DNA from: an uncultured Pseudomonadota bacterium
Lineage (GTDB): Bacteria; Pseudomonadota; Gammaproteobacteria; Ga0077536
NCBI GenBank assembly: GCA_913047675.1
Contig: CAJWTO010000002.1
Span: 6,833-70,832 of the forward strand
Direction of reading: 5' to 3'
DNA length: 64,000 nucleotides
The translations under genes were made by a program, and so were the position numbers. Below, in pieces: positions 1 through 10,492 of this stretch (positions are counted from its first letter, which is position 1; every line of letters begins with the position of its first letter). The notes beneath the pieces are model-generated. The model did not search any database, had not been told where the DNA came from, and was given only the letters and a program-made list of their open reading frames with translations.

Positions 1-14
1 TTGAAAATGAGAAG

Positions 15-251
15 GTGATTATTACCGAATGGAAATTTTCTCCAGGAGCTGAGACAGGATGGCATGTGCATGAACATGATTATGTAGTAGTACCATTAAC
101 CACTGGCCGGCTTTTGTTGGAAACCTCAAACGGAGAATTGTCAGCAGATCTAGTTGTTGGCCAATCCTATAGTCGCGAAGTTGGTACTGAACATAATGTT
201 ATAAATGACAATGAATTCGATTTATCATTTGTTGAAATAGAGCTAAAGTGA
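15..251 (+). CDS. cupin domain protein (78 aa)
   Basis: The short beta-barrel-like sequence has a WHVHEHDYVVV motif typical of cupin_2 proteins. It has a GTG start preceded by GAGAAGG. Confidence 0.55.
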   Translation: MIITEWKFSPGAETGWHVHEHDYVVVPLTTGRLLLETSNGELSADLVVGQSYSREVGTEHNVINDNEFDLSFVEIELK

Positions 252-281
252 AAAATTTAACCTTACGATTTAGGTATTCTG

Positions 282-635
282 ATGTACACAACTGAAACAC
301 TTATAGATAAACATGAGTTGTGGTTTGATACAGGAGATATGTTAAACGGCAGTTTGTACGTGAGTACATGCGACTCAGATATACTAGATCGTGTGATAAG
401 TATGTTCCGTAAGTCTGGCCTATGGTCTGACGCTCCCGAGAGCCAAGTTCTTGCAACTCAGAAAGAGGCGTATAAAGCCCAGTTAATTTTTGTGGCTGCT
501 ATTGAGTACCGTGTCGTTGAAGAAAAACTTTTGCTAGTCAGATTCAATCATCCTAAATATCCTTCGAGTACAGAGCGATGGCGCAGCTGGTCAAACGCTT
601 GTGACAGTGCTTTTGAGCGGATTTTAAATGATTAG
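282..635 (+). CDS. hypothetical protein (117 aa)
   Basis: It is an intact ORF in the gap between flanking genes. I recognised no family for it. Confidence 0.35.
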   Translation: MYTTETLIDKHELWFDTGDMLNGSLYVSTCDSDILDRVISMFRKSGLWSDAPESQVLATQKEAYKAQLIFVAAIEYRVVEEKLLLVRFNHPKYPSSTERWRSWSNACDSAFERILND

Positions 636-1014
636 ATTACCCTCGTATTTGTTTTTTGTATGCCTATTTTCTTTATTTGGCTGCAGCTTAGGCGAGGAGA
701 CTTTATTTCAAGAATACCCATCACCCGATGGCCTTTATAGCATGCGGGTGACCGTTACTGAGCCCAGAATGCCGTTAGGTCCACTATACGTGACCGCTTA
801 TCTTATAAAAACTTCGGAAACCGAAAAAGCAAAAAAGATCTTTCATAGTAAATTGGAAAATGATGGTGTTCCTTTCACCGCCACAAATATTGCTGTCAGG
901 TGGATGAGTCAGAAAACAGCGTTGGTTTGCTTGAGGGCGACAGATCTGCCGGATCACGGTTTTTATATGGAACTCGACGAATCGCTCGAGTTGTCATTGC
1001 TTGACGATTGTTAG
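628..1014 (+). CDS. putative lipoprotein
   Basis: The N-terminal hydrophobic signal is followed by an LFGC lipobox. It overlaps the upstream ORF by 8 nt. Confidence 0.45.
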   Translation: MIRLPSYLFFVCLFSLFGCSLGEETLFQEYPSPDGLYSMRVTVTEPRMPLGPLYVTAYLIKTSETEKAKKIFHSKLENDGVPFTATNIAVRWMSQKTALVCLRATDLPDHGFYMELDESLELSLLDDC

Positions 1015-1044
1015 TCTTCTATTTTCGGTTTATCAAGGTGTGAC

Positions 1045-1860
1045 TTGAGTTCTAGCATGTATTTGGAGCAACTAGTCTTAGAGATCGAACATTCTGTTCT
1101 AGCTCGTTTAGAAAGTACGAAACCATTTGTGGTTGGTTTCTCAGGCGCGCAGGGCTCTGGGAAAAGTACGATATGTAGTAATTTACAAAACAATTTAGTT
1201 AAGCGAGGTTTAGTAACTTTAACTTTGGGATTAGACGACTTTTATCTAGAAAATAGCGAGCGATTAGCGTTAGGCAAAGAAGTACATCCACTTTGTTCAG
1301 TGAGAGGAGTGCCTGGAACACATGATGTAAAATACCTTAAAGCTACTTTATCGGCGCTGATAAAGGCAGATGGGGGCTCTAAAATATGTTGGCCCTCGTT
1401 TTCCAAAGCGTCTGACGATAGGCATGGGCAAAATCAGTTTTATTACCATGAGGGACATGTCGATGTCATTTTATTGGAAGGCTGGTGTGTAGGCGCACGT
1501 TCAAGCTTTGTTCAAAGCTTGGCAGAAAATGAATGGGAGTTTGAGCACGATCCCCGTTGTTGTTGGAAGGAGTGGACAAAAAATGCTGCAATACAATATG
1601 AGTCAATATGGCAAGAAATTGATTTTGCAGTGATGTTGTTTCAGAGCTCTTTTGAGCGAGTGATTGATGCCCGATGGCGACAGGAAATGGATCTTTTAAA
1701 AAGATCCGGTGAGAGTCAGTTTCAATCAAGGTCGGATGTTGTTGAGTTCTGTCAGCATTATCGCAGTTGGACGAGAGGAATGTGTATGCACTTCCCAAGT
1801 TTAGCAGACTTAGTGTTTGATTGTTTGGATGGCTATTCTTACGTGACTCGAAAAACTTGA
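1045..1860 (+). CDS. P-loop kinase, glycerate-3-kinase-like (uridine kinase/PRK superfamily)
   Basis: It has a Walker A motif VVGFSGAQGSGKSTI near the N-terminus. The layout resembles GLYK-type kinases. Confidence 0.4.
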   Translation: MSSSMYLEQLVLEIEHSVLARLESTKPFVVGFSGAQGSGKSTICSNLQNNLVKRGLVTLTLGLDDFYLENSERLALGKEVHPLCSVRGVPGTHDVKYLKATLSALIKADGGSKICWPSFSKASDDRHGQNQFYYHEGHVDVILLEGWCVGARSSFVQSLAENEWEFEHDPRCCWKEWTKNAAIQYESIWQEIDFAVMLFQSSFERVIDARWRQEMDLLKRSGESQFQSRSDVVEFCQHYRSWTRGMCMHFPSLADLVFDCLDGYSYVTRKT

Positions 1861-1896
1861 GCGCTCCCTAAATAGTGCTTCCCATGTTATTATTTT

Positions 1897-2610
1897 TCAA
1901 TCATCTTTCACTATATTGACTCTATATAGTTTGTGACCACTTTTTAAATATTTCAGCTCGAAATTTGAAATAGGATGCTTTGGCAGCCAACTATGAACCT
2001 CAACTTTTTTGTTCAAGAAGTATTGTGTTACCCACGCAAATTCTAGAGCATATATTTTCCAATTAGTGCGTAGCTCCAGATTCTGGCTTGAGGAAAGCAG
2101 ATAAGGCATTATTGGATGCGCATGCCACCGCCGCATAAGTTGCTCCTGTTTGGGCCATGGATTTGGATAGAGAAGATACTGTTTTTTTATATTCCATTTG
2201 TGTCGGTAAGCATATAGCCATATTTCTGGGAGATTTGCGCGGAGGAATATTAGGTTTTCGGGTAAAGGGGAGTATTTTTTGGCTTTACTTAAGCGGTGAC
2301 TACTTTTGTCGATAGCAACGATTGTATGATCGGTTAGTTTTTTGGCTAGTCGGATCGCACTCTCCCCAGTTCCACAACCACAATCCATAACAAGTGGTTT
2401 CGCGCTTCGTTCGATTTGCTCTTGTGTCGCCTTTAATATTCGTGTTGTCTCAGCCCCAATTGGATTTTGATATTTTAGTAGGTCTTTATGCTTATTAGAA
2501 ACACGCGCGAGATTTGGGTGTATGGACTGCTGATTACTCAATACCTTCTTTGAGAGATTATCCTCCACCGAATATAACATTCTCGGCTTCAAAAATAGGT
2601 CCATCCACAC
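1897..2610 (-). CDS. SAM-dependent methyltransferase, TrmB-like (tRNA guanine-N7 MTase family)
   Basis: It has the SAM motif MDCGCGTGE and a YPNPWPKQ motif that resembles the TrmB FPDPWxK motif. The N-terminus overlaps the neighbouring gene, so the true start may be internal. Confidence 0.45.
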   Translation of the reverse strand: MWMDLFLKPRMLYSVEDNLSKKVLSNQQSIHPNLARVSNKHKDLLKYQNPIGAETTRILKATQEQIERSAKPLVMDCGCGTGESAIRLAKKLTDHTIVAIDKSSHRLSKAKKYSPLPENLIFLRANLPEIWLYAYRHKWNIKKQYLLYPNPWPKQEQLMRRWHAHPIMPYLLSSSQNLELRTNWKIYALEFAWVTQYFLNKKVEVHSWLPKHPISNFELKYLKSGHKLYRVNIVKDD

Positions 2611-3463
2611 ATACTCGCTTCATAGCCTTACCTTCGGGTGTACTGATTTCGATGGCGCAACCAGCACAGCCCCCGACCGCGCAGGCCATATGTTCTTCAA
2701 GCGATATTTGACAAGGGAGATCATACTCGGAGGCTATACTTTGCACTACTTTAAGCATGGCTGTAGGCCCGCAGGCGAACAATTCAATATCATTTTGTTC
2801 ACTGGAAGAAAGTATGGCGAATTTGGCAAGATCTGTGACGAACCCATCGAAACAACCCGCGTAGCCTTGATTACTGGCTAACCGCGAACAGATGCCCCAG
2901 TCTTCTAGCAACGGCATCGCCGCAATAGCATCGCTTGGTACACGAGTTGTCATGATTTGGGAGGGCTTCAACGGGAATGGAAACGGGATCTCAGAGCCCA
3001 TTAGAACTAGTGGCTCTAGGTTCGACTGTCTTTTCATATTCTCGGCTAAGTAGACCATCGGCGGAATTCCCACACCTCCACCGATCAAAATAGGTTTTTT
3101 TCTATAGCCTGATAGTTTGAAAGGCGTTCCAATTGGACCCATGATACTGATAATGGCTCCTACTTGTTGCTTGGCGAGAAGATCGGTGCCTTTCCCCACA
3201 GTTTTAAATAGGAACTCAATCCAGCCCTCTCTTGGAGAGGCCCGCATAATTGACATAGGGCGGCGCATCGATAGCTCGTTACTACATTTTACGTGGACGA
3301 AGTTTCCTGGTTCAGAGCCGGTAACGATTTCTGGACACTGTACCCGCATCACATGTTGTTCGCCCTCGAAGCTCTGCGTTGCTAATATTTTACCGTCACA
3401 GATCTTAATTTTTCCTCGATGGGCATGATTATGGTTTACGACTTGATTCACGTTGGATTCCAT
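2558..3463 (-). CDS. PyrK-like FAD/NAD(P)-binding oxidoreductase with C-terminal 2Fe-2S cluster
   Basis: It has a ferredoxin-reductase-like fold. The C-terminal cysteine cluster is CAVGGCAGCA...C. It lies downstream of pyrB-pyrC'. Confidence 0.5.
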   Translation of the reverse strand: MESNVNQVVNHNHAHRGKIKICDGKILATQSFEGEQHVMRVQCPEIVTGSEPGNFVHVKCSNELSMRRPMSIMRASPREGWIEFLFKTVGKGTDLLAKQQVGAIISIMGPIGTPFKLSGYRKKPILIGGGVGIPPMVYLAENMKRQSNLEPLVLMGSEIPFPFPLKPSQIMTTRVPSDAIAAMPLLEDWGICSRLASNQGYAGCFDGFVTDLAKFAILSSSEQNDIELFACGPTAMLKVVQSIASEYDLPCQISLEEHMACAVGGCAGCAIEISTPEGKAMKRVCVDGPIFEAENVIFGGG

Positions 3464-3483
3464 TTTTTGAGGACTATTGAAAC

Positions 3484-4761
3484 TTATGACCTAGAATAAA
3501 TGATCTGGCCATCTGCAATCGTATGAGTCACTTTTCCTGTCATTTCGCGATTTAAAAAGGGAGTATTTTTACCACGACTGATGATGTTGTTGGAGTGACT
3601 GGTCCAGATTAGGTTAGGATCAAACACGCAGATATCTGCCACATCACCAACTGTAATACCATTATCACCTTTACCCAGAGCCTTTCCGGGTGCGGAGCTA
3701 ACCAAGTCGATAGCTCTACTTTCAGTTAGTTGACCATTTCTTACTAGCGCCCATAATAACGACAAAAAAGTATCGTATGATGAAATACCGGGTTCACTTG
3801 ATGAAAAAGTAGTCGCTTTGGAATCAGCATCTTGAGGCTCATGATGCGGAGAGATTGCGTCAACCTGCCCTTTTTTCAAGCCATTAATAAGCGCGTTCTT
3901 GTCTTTTCGACTGCGTAGGGGTGGCCTTACATGATAATTAGAATCGTAGTCGCTTATATCCTGGTCGCATAGGTTTACGTGCGAAATACTTACATCGCAA
4001 CTCACTGGCAGACCTTTTTGTCGAGCATCGGAGATATATTTGACCGATCTTCCTGCTGATAAAGCTTGGAAGTGGATTTTAGCACCCGTTTGTTCCACTA
4101 ATATTAGAACTTTACTCAGAGCGATTAGCTCTGCCGAGGATGGAATTCCAACGAGGCCTTTTTTAGTGCTGACCAATCCATCATGCATCGATCCGCCTTT
4201 AGCTAGCCATGGGTCTTCACAACTCATAAATACTGTCAAATCGATGGATGCAGCATATTCTAGAGAATTTTTGAGGACGACTGTATCCTGTATCGCTTCC
4301 CGAGCGTTTGACACCCCTACACAGCCTATTTCACGCAGAGCACTCATTTCCGCCAAAACTTGTCCTTTGAGGCCCTCCGTTAACGCCCCAATACAATATA
4401 TTTTGGGCGTCGCGATCCCGCGTGCGCGCTCTTTGATTAATTCTACTACCGCAGGCGTATCGATGACGGGATTAGTTTTAGGCATGCAGCATATACTTGT
4501 AAATCCTCCAGCCGCTGCGGCTTTAGCCTCACTAGCAATAGTTGCTTTGTGCTCGTATCCCGGTTCTTGCAAGTACGAGCCCAAGTCTATAAATCCTGGG
4601 CAGACTATTTGGTTCGTAGCATCAATAACTTTTTTAGCGATAAAGCCAGCTGGTTTTTTACCAGTGCTTATAATTTTTTTACCGTCAATCCAAACATCGG
4701 AAACTTTATCGTATTTCGTGGAAGGGTTGATTACTCGACCATTTTTTATACAGATTTTCAC
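3484..4761 (-). CDS. pyrC: dihydroorotase-like protein PyrC' (likely non-catalytic ATCase partner)
   Basis: It has the dihydroorotase fold. The N-terminal metal-binding DxHxH is replaced by IDLGSYLQEPG. It overlaps the pyrB stop by 1 nt, as in Pseudomonas pyrB-pyrC'. Confidence 0.75.
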   Translation of the reverse strand: MKICIKNGRVINPSTKYDKVSDVWIDGKKIISTGKKPAGFIAKKVIDATNQIVCPGFIDLGSYLQEPGYEHKATIASEAKAAAAGGFTSICCMPKTNPVIDTPAVVELIKERARGIATPKIYCIGALTEGLKGQVLAEMSALREIGCVGVSNAREAIQDTVVLKNSLEYAASIDLTVFMSCEDPWLAKGGSMHDGLVSTKKGLVGIPSSAELIALSKVLILVEQTGAKIHFQALSAGRSVKYISDARQKGLPVSCDVSISHVNLCDQDISDYDSNYHVRPPLRSRKDKNALINGLKKGQVDAISPHHEPQDADSKATTFSSSEPGISSYDTFLSLLWALVRNGQLTESRAIDLVSSAPGKALGKGDNGITVGDVADICVFDPNLIWTSHSNNIISRGKNTPFLNREMTGKVTHTIADGQIIYSRS

Positions 4762-5723
4762 TATGTTACAGACGCCCCCATAGTCAGAGACATTACTGCC
4801 ATACGAACCGCGATACCATGGGTAACTTGCTGTAGGATGACAGATTCGGGTGAATCAGCTACCTTAGAATCAATTTCGACGCCTCGATTGATAGGGCCAG
4901 GGTGCATTACAATGACGTCACTTTTGGCTGAGCGTAATTTTTCTTTGGTTAGCCCAAAGGTATTAAAAAATTCACGTCCACTAGGTAATAGCGCACTGCG
5001 CATCCTTTCCTGTTGCAATCTGAGCATGATTATCACGTCAGCTTTATCAATGCCGCTTTCGAGAGAGTTAAATGTACGTACGCCGAGTTTTTCAACTGCT
5101 GTCGGAATTAAGGTTTTGGGGCCGACAAGTCGTATTTCGGGAACACCCAGTATTTGAAGCGCATGGATTTCGGATCGCGCAACTCTGGAATGTGCGATAT
5201 CACCAACGATGGCAACCCTCAGTTGGTCAAATGTTTTTTTATGTTTGCGGATAGTAAACATATCTAACATCGCTTGAGTTGGGTGAGAGTGGCTTCCATC
5301 GCCAGCATTTATCACGCTAATATTTTGCGCAACTTGACGAGCAATGAATTCAGCGGCCCCACTATCCTGGTGTCTGACGACGAACATGTCGGCTTGCATA
5401 GCTTCCAAAGTTTTCAGAGTATCAGATAAGGATTCTCCCTTCTTTGTGGCGCTCGATTCAAGATTGATATTCATCACATCTGCAGATAGTCGCTTCGCCG
5501 CAAGTTCAAATGTGGTCCTTGTCCTGGTACTCGATTCGAAAAAAAGATTGACGACCGTCTTACCTCGCAAGATTGGGACTTTTTTCGAGGAACGTTCACC
5601 TACGCTAGTGAAGGTTTCAGCATGGTCCAGTATTGTTGTTATAAGATCTTTCGAAAGACCATCTATGGAGAGGAAGTGTTTTAATTTGCCAGTCTGATCT
5701 AATTGGATATTTTGCGAGCCCAT
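4761..5723 (-). CDS. pyrB: aspartate carbamoyltransferase catalytic subunit
   Basis: The STRTR carbamoyl-phosphate motif and the HPGP motif are both present. Confidence 0.9.
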   Translation of the reverse strand: MGSQNIQLDQTGKLKHFLSIDGLSKDLITTILDHAETFTSVGERSSKKVPILRGKTVVNLFFESSTRTRTTFELAAKRLSADVMNINLESSATKKGESLSDTLKTLEAMQADMFVVRHQDSGAAEFIARQVAQNISVINAGDGSHSHPTQAMLDMFTIRKHKKTFDQLRVAIVGDIAHSRVARSEIHALQILGVPEIRLVGPKTLIPTAVEKLGVRTFNSLESGIDKADVIIMLRLQQERMRSALLPSGREFFNTFGLTKEKLRSAKSDVIVMHPGPINRGVEIDSKVADSPESVILQQVTHGIAVRMAVMSLTMGASVT

Positions 5724-5790
5724 TAGATCAACACCGGCCCGAAATGTTTTTGGCTACTTTCTTTAAAGCGAATATATGACGCTCTTTTTT

Positions 5791-6303
5791 TCAAGAATTT
5801 TTGCTCATCTCAAGTCGCAAAGGGTTTGGTCCGCGTAGTTTAACATGTTCTTCTTCTTTTAGTGAGATTGATGCGCCACATATATCTGGGGCGATGGGCA
5901 ACTCTCTCCCATTGCGGTCGACTAATACGACTAGGCTAATCGATAAAGGTCGGCCATAATCGAAAAGCTCGTTCATCGCAGCTCTGATGGTTCTACCAGT
6001 ATGTAGGATATCGTCGACTAAGATCACGTGCTTATCATTTATATCGAAAGGAATTTGTGAGGGTTCTACTGTTGGATGCACTCCGAGTTTACTAAAATCG
6101 TCTCTATAAAAGGCTATATTAAGCTCTCCGATGACACTTGAAAGGCGGAGATCTTTACAAATGCGTTGCGCCAACCAAACCCCTCCGGTATGAATTCCTA
6201 CGAAACAGGTCTTCGACGAAGATAGTCCATCTAATAAAACATTGGTTTGTCTGGCGATACTTTCTATGAGTTCTTCAGTATCTAGTACTGGTTCATTCTT
6301 CAT
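5791..6303 (-). CDS. pyrR: bifunctional pyrimidine operon regulator / uracil phosphoribosyltransferase PyrR
   Basis: It has the PRPP-binding motif VILVDDILHTGRT. It is 170 aa long and sits upstream of pyrB. Confidence 0.85.
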   Translation of the reverse strand: MKNEPVLDTEELIESIARQTNVLLDGLSSSKTCFVGIHTGGVWLAQRICKDLRLSSVIGELNIAFYRDDFSKLGVHPTVEPSQIPFDINDKHVILVDDILHTGRTIRAAMNELFDYGRPLSISLVVLVDRNGRELPIAPDICGASISLKEEEHVKLRGPNPLRLEMSKNS

Positions 6304-6305
6304 AA

Positions 6306-6710
6306 CTATTTGACCGACAGCTCCTGAAGCCAGGTTTCTAGAATCAGCTTTGCAGCAACCGCGTCTAATCCTGCGCGATCAACCTCTTGTTCATAGTTTA
6401 CCGCAGCTCTGGAGGAAAGTCTTTCATCTATAAACTCAACGGGAAGTCGATACCGACCTGTAAGTTGACGAGAAAATCTCTCGATCTCTCGTGTTAGGTT
6501 GTGTTCGTGTCCACTTTTTAAGCTTGGGCGTCCCAATACAAATATATCTGGAGACCATTCTTTGACTAAAATCGTAATAGGGTTCCAATTAATTTTTTTA
6601 TTCGTCGTCGTTATAGTTTTTATAGCGCTCGCACTTCCCGTCAAAGTTTGACCAACTGCGATCCCTATTCGTTTTTCTCCATAATCGAAACTTAACGCTA
6701 TTTTAATCAT
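6306..6710 (-). CDS. ruvX: Holliday junction resolvase-like protein RuvX/YqgF
   Basis: The N-terminus LSFDYGEKRIGIAVG is typical of YqgF. It is 134 aa long. Confidence 0.85.
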   Translation of the reverse strand: MIKIALSFDYGEKRIGIAVGQTLTGSASAIKTITTTNKKINWNPITILVKEWSPDIFVLGRPSLKSGHEHNLTREIERFSRQLTGRYRLPVEFIDERLSSRAAVNYEQEVDRAGLDAVAAKLILETWLQELSVK

Positions 6711-6789
6711 ACGAAGATCTCTTATTGAGCCGTGAAAATATCTCTTTGCTCATTGGTGGTACTCGATATCACTATTAAAGTAGTCAAAC

Positions 6790-7584
6790 CTATTGGGTCG
6801 AAAAATTCTGATCATTGACAAATTTCCACGTTCGAGTGACATGCAATATATCTACCTCGTTTTTAATAGAAGTTGGAAACGGCGCAAAAGGTGCTGCTAA
6901 TTTGACTATTTCGATGGCTGCTTCATCGAGTACATTATGTCCTGATGAGCGGCGGATATTGATTTCTTTGACTGTGCCGTCTTGTCGTAAAGAAACATCG
7001 AGTGATAGGTTTCCGGATAACTCTTTTTCTCTAGCCTTATTTGGATAATTCATATTTCCGATTCGCTCTACTTTAGCGCGCCAGGCTTCCATGTAGGCGG
7101 CATATTTGTAGTCTTTAGTGTTTACACTGATATATTTGTGTCGTACTTTTGGTTCGTCTGACTCCAACTCACTTTGTATTTCGCCCGTTGAACTTGCCAT
7201 AGCCAAGGCACGATTGATTAGTTGTTTGGCATTGGGAACCAGTGCGCTTTTTTTTGCAATGGGTATTTTAAATGACGGAGTTTCTTGGTTCTTGCTGTGA
7301 TTTATTTCTTCAGACGATGGGATAGACTTTAGCGCAGGCACAGGCTTGATGCTGACATCTTCTTTTAGGAGCTTTTGCCCTTGCGGTTCATCAACATGCT
7401 CTCGCACAAGGTTTACTTGAATTGGGGATGGTGACCGCCTAGCAGTCTCGGTTATCGTAGGGTTTATCCCAATGGTTAGCATCGCATGAAAAATGAAAGC
7501 GATTACCAAGGTAAAAGTAAGTCTGTTGCCGGTACTCGCTTCAGTAGTTCGGCTGATAGAGGTATCGTATTTACTTAATTGCAT
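6790..7584 (-). CDS. TonB family C-terminal domain protein
   Basis: It has an N-terminal TM helix, a Pro-rich middle region and a TonB_C-like C-terminal domain. Its position between gshB and ruvX matches Pseudomonas. Confidence 0.55.
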   Translation of the reverse strand: MQLSKYDTSISRTTEASTGNRLTFTLVIAFIFHAMLTIGINPTITETARRSPSPIQVNLVREHVDEPQGQKLLKEDVSIKPVPALKSIPSSEEINHSKNQETPSFKIPIAKKSALVPNAKQLINRALAMASSTGEIQSELESDEPKVRHKYISVNTKDYKYAAYMEAWRAKVERIGNMNYPNKAREKELSGNLSLDVSLRQDGTVKEINIRRSSGHNVLDEAAIEIVKLAAPFAPFPTSIKNEVDILHVTRTWKFVNDQNFSTQ

Positions 7585-7594
7585 TTATGGGACT

Positions 7595-8551
7595 TCAGAC
7601 CTGTAAATGACTTTTTAGCGCTTCCATAAATATGGTGCCTACACTTTTATCCAAATTAAGGTCGATTTCACGAGCGCAGGTTGGACTAGTTACGTTTATC
7701 TCAGTTAATCGGTCGCCTATTATATCCAAGCCAACGAACAGTAACCCTCGCTGAACAAGCTCTTCAGATACACGCTTACATATTTTTAGGTCACTTTCTG
7801 ATAATGGCTGGGGTACTCCGCGACCTCCAGCTGCTAAGTTGCCTCTTAGCTCGCCAGCTGCGGGTATTCTCGCAAGAGAAAATGGGATAGGTTTACCATT
7901 GACCATTAGGACTCGTTTGTCGCCTTCTAGGATAGCTGGCAGGTACTTTTGGGCCATACAATAATTACTTTCAAGCTTTGTTAGCGTTTCAAATATTACC
8001 CCTGCGTTAGAGTCATCAGGCTTAATTCGAAAAACCGAGGTACCTCCCATACCATCTAGCGGTTTGACGACGATATCGTTATGAAGCTCTAGGAATCCTC
8101 TTAGCTGGTTGTGGCTTCGAGTAACTAATGTGGGAGGACACAGTTCTGGAAACCATGCCGTGAATAGTTTTTCGTTACAGTCTCGTATTGATCTAGGGTT
8201 GTTGACTACAAAAGCACCCTGTGACTGAGCTAGCTCTAAAATGTAGGTCGCGAAAACGTACTCCATGTCAAAGGGAGGATCTTTACGCATAATTATACAA
8301 TCGATATCTGATAATTTGGTGCTACTAGGCCCGTCGTCTAAGAACTCAAACCATTTGTCATTAGAGTCGAATAGCTTAATCATTCGGGTATCAGCTAAGG
8401 CTGAACCGTCTAACACGGATAGATGCGATAACTCCATATAGAGAATTTCAAACTCAAACTCTTGGGCAGCCAGCAGTAGTGCTAGCGTCGTATCCTTATA
8501 GGGTTTGATGCTCGATATCGGGTCCATAATAACCCCAAGACGTTTTTTCAT
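7595..8551 (-). CDS. gshB: glutathione synthetase
   Basis: It has an ATP-grasp fold and prokaryotic GshB-like sequence along its full length. Confidence 0.85.
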   Translation of the reverse strand: MKKRLGVIMDPISSIKPYKDTTLALLLAAQEFEFEILYMELSHLSVLDGSALADTRMIKLFDSNDKWFEFLDDGPSSTKLSDIDCIIMRKDPPFDMEYVFATYILELAQSQGAFVVNNPRSIRDCNEKLFTAWFPELCPPTLVTRSHNQLRGFLELHNDIVVKPLDGMGGTSVFRIKPDDSNAGVIFETLTKLESNYCMAQKYLPAILEGDKRVLMVNGKPIPFSLARIPAAGELRGNLAAGGRGVPQPLSESDLKICKRVSEELVQRGLLFVGLDIIGDRLTEINVTSPTCAREIDLNLDKSVGTIFMEALKSHLQV

Positions 8552-8711
8552 AGTAGTAGCTCTAAGTACTTTTTGTGGTGTCTATGTCAGTCGATATCAT
8601 TCATTATAAGAGATTCAATTTCGCGACTGATCAAATTTTGAATTAACATGTGCGTTATTATGTACAAAATTAAATCCATTATAGGCATTTTTTGCACAAG
8701 GATATCACGAC

Positions 8712-9635
8712 TTGAATGATCAGTTTCTAATACGGATTGCTACTAGGACTAGCCAGTTAGCTATTTGGCAAAGCAATCTGGTGGCATCGTTACTTAGGGA
8801 GCGTCAACCAGAGGTTCAGGTGGAACTAGTTAAAGTAGTTACCGAGGGAGATCGTAAAATTGACACCCCATTATCCAAGATTGGGGGAAAATCTCTATTT
8901 ATCAAAGAATTAGAAGTTGCCATGTTGGATGGGCGAGCAGATATCGCAGTTCATTCTATGAAAGATATTCCTAACCAATTGCCCGATCAGTTTTCTATTA
9001 TGGCCATATTAAAACGCGAAGATTTCCGAGACGTTCTATTGTCTCAAGAGGGATATACCCTCGCAAACCTTCCAGTAGGTGCGGTAGTTGGCACATCAAG
9101 TCTCCGACGAAAAAGCCAATTATTGTCGCTTCGGCCGGATCTATTGATTCGAGACCTGCGTGGAAATGTGCCAACCCGAGTTGCGAAACAAAAGAACGGT
9201 GATTTTGACGCTATAGTACTGGCATCGGCTGGGCTTAGGCGTTTAGGGCTATATGACTCTGCGGCCTATGGCTTGAGTGTTGGTGAGGTAATGCCCGCGG
9301 TTGGTCAGGGCGCCATAGGCATAGAGGCGCTCACAAAGGACCAAAACTTGCGAAACCTCGTCAGAGGTTTAAATAACGATTTATCTGCGCAGGAGGTTTT
9401 TGCCGAACGAGCCTTTAGCCGGTATTTAAACGGTAGTTGTCAGTCCGCGATAGGAGCTCTCGCTCAGACCCAAGGGGCAGACTTGATGCTAGAGGGCATA
9501 GTAGCTTCTCCCGATGGTAGGCAAATTATTCGTAAAAATACATGTGGCTCACTTCGGGACCCTGAAGAAGTTGGAAACAAGTTGGGACGATTGATGCGTG
9601 AAGCTGGGGCCGACGAGTTACTAAAATTGAGTTAA
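8712..9635 (+). CDS. hemC: hydroxymethylbilane synthase (porphobilinogen deaminase)
   Basis: It has the IRIATRxSxLA N-terminus and the conserved dipyrromethane cofactor region. Confidence 0.9.
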   Translation: MNDQFLIRIATRTSQLAIWQSNLVASLLRERQPEVQVELVKVVTEGDRKIDTPLSKIGGKSLFIKELEVAMLDGRADIAVHSMKDIPNQLPDQFSIMAILKREDFRDVLLSQEGYTLANLPVGAVVGTSSLRRKSQLLSLRPDLLIRDLRGNVPTRVAKQKNGDFDAIVLASAGLRRLGLYDSAAYGLSVGEVMPAVGQGAIGIEALTKDQNLRNLVRGLNNDLSAQEVFAERAFSRYLNGSCQSAIGALAQTQGADLMLEGIVASPDGRQIIRKNTCGSLRDPEEVGNKLGRLMREAGADELLKLS

Positions 9636-9646
9636 TTGATTTATAA

Positions 9647-10426
9647 ATGGGCAAGTTGCGTATGTTGCATAATCTTTCCGTTTTAGTTACTCGCCCTACC
9701 GAAACCAGCGAGGCTCTGGCGTCGGCACTTCGCTTGGTAAATGCGTTACCAGTGGTGACGCCAATGATTGAAATTATGGAAATTGGCCATAAGTCGATTG
9801 GTGTAATAAAAAACGATTTCGATTGTGTTGTCTTTGTGAGTAAAAATGCAGTACGCTTCGGCCTTCCAGTAGTTCGCGAAAGTAGCATTTCTTTAAAAGG
9901 TAAAACAATTTTTGCGATCGGGCCAAGAACTGCCCAAGCCTTGGTGGATGCTGGGATAAAGCATCCAATCACACCGGATAAAATTTATAATTCTGAAGGC
10001 TTACTCGACAGCTCTGCCTTTAAAGAAGTGATTTCGGATAAAAAGAGAGTTTTAGTATTTCGAGCTACGAAAGGTCGCGAGCTCTTAGCCTCCACCCTGC
10101 GAGAAACCGGTTGTAAGGTCGATTATTGTGAATGTTATATCCGACGAATATCAGAGGAGCGGATAGGACCACAACTCACACGAGCAGGCATTAGCACTCC
10201 AGATGTGATTCTAGTTACTAGCGGGGCAATTTTGTCTGCTATTCTTAGGAAGATCAAAGAAGAACGGTTACTAGGTTTGTATGACGCCCAGACTCTAGTT
10301 TTGGGGGAAAGATTGGCAGGTAAAGTACAAGAGGGTGGCTTTACTAAACCATCTTTAGTTGTTGATCAATTAACCAATAGCGCCATTATTGCTTGCTTAG
10401 CAACGTGGATGAAACGAAGAAATTGA
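9647..10426 (+). CDS. hemD: uroporphyrinogen-III synthase
   Basis: It directly follows hemC. The N-terminus VLVTRP is typical of HemD. Confidence 0.7.
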   Translation: MGKLRMLHNLSVLVTRPTETSEALASALRLVNALPVVTPMIEIMEIGHKSIGVIKNDFDCVVFVSKNAVRFGLPVVRESSISLKGKTIFAIGPRTAQALVDAGIKHPITPDKIYNSEGLLDSSAFKEVISDKKRVLVFRATKGRELLASTLRETGCKVDYCECYIRRISEERIGPQLTRAGISTPDVILVTSGAILSAILRKIKEERLLGLYDAQTLVLGERLAGKVQEGGFTKPSLVVDQLTNSAIIACLATWMKRRN

Positions 10427-10492
10427 TATTCATTTAACTAAATTGCTTTATCATCGATTTAAATATTTTGCATACAGAAGAGTAATGACCAC

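Noticed and set aside
4040-5157. Long plus-strand ORFs (247 and 202 aa) antisense to pyrC' and pyrB
   Set aside because: They are embedded antisense inside genes that are strongly supported by conserved motifs. They show shadow-ORF composition and no family resemblance.
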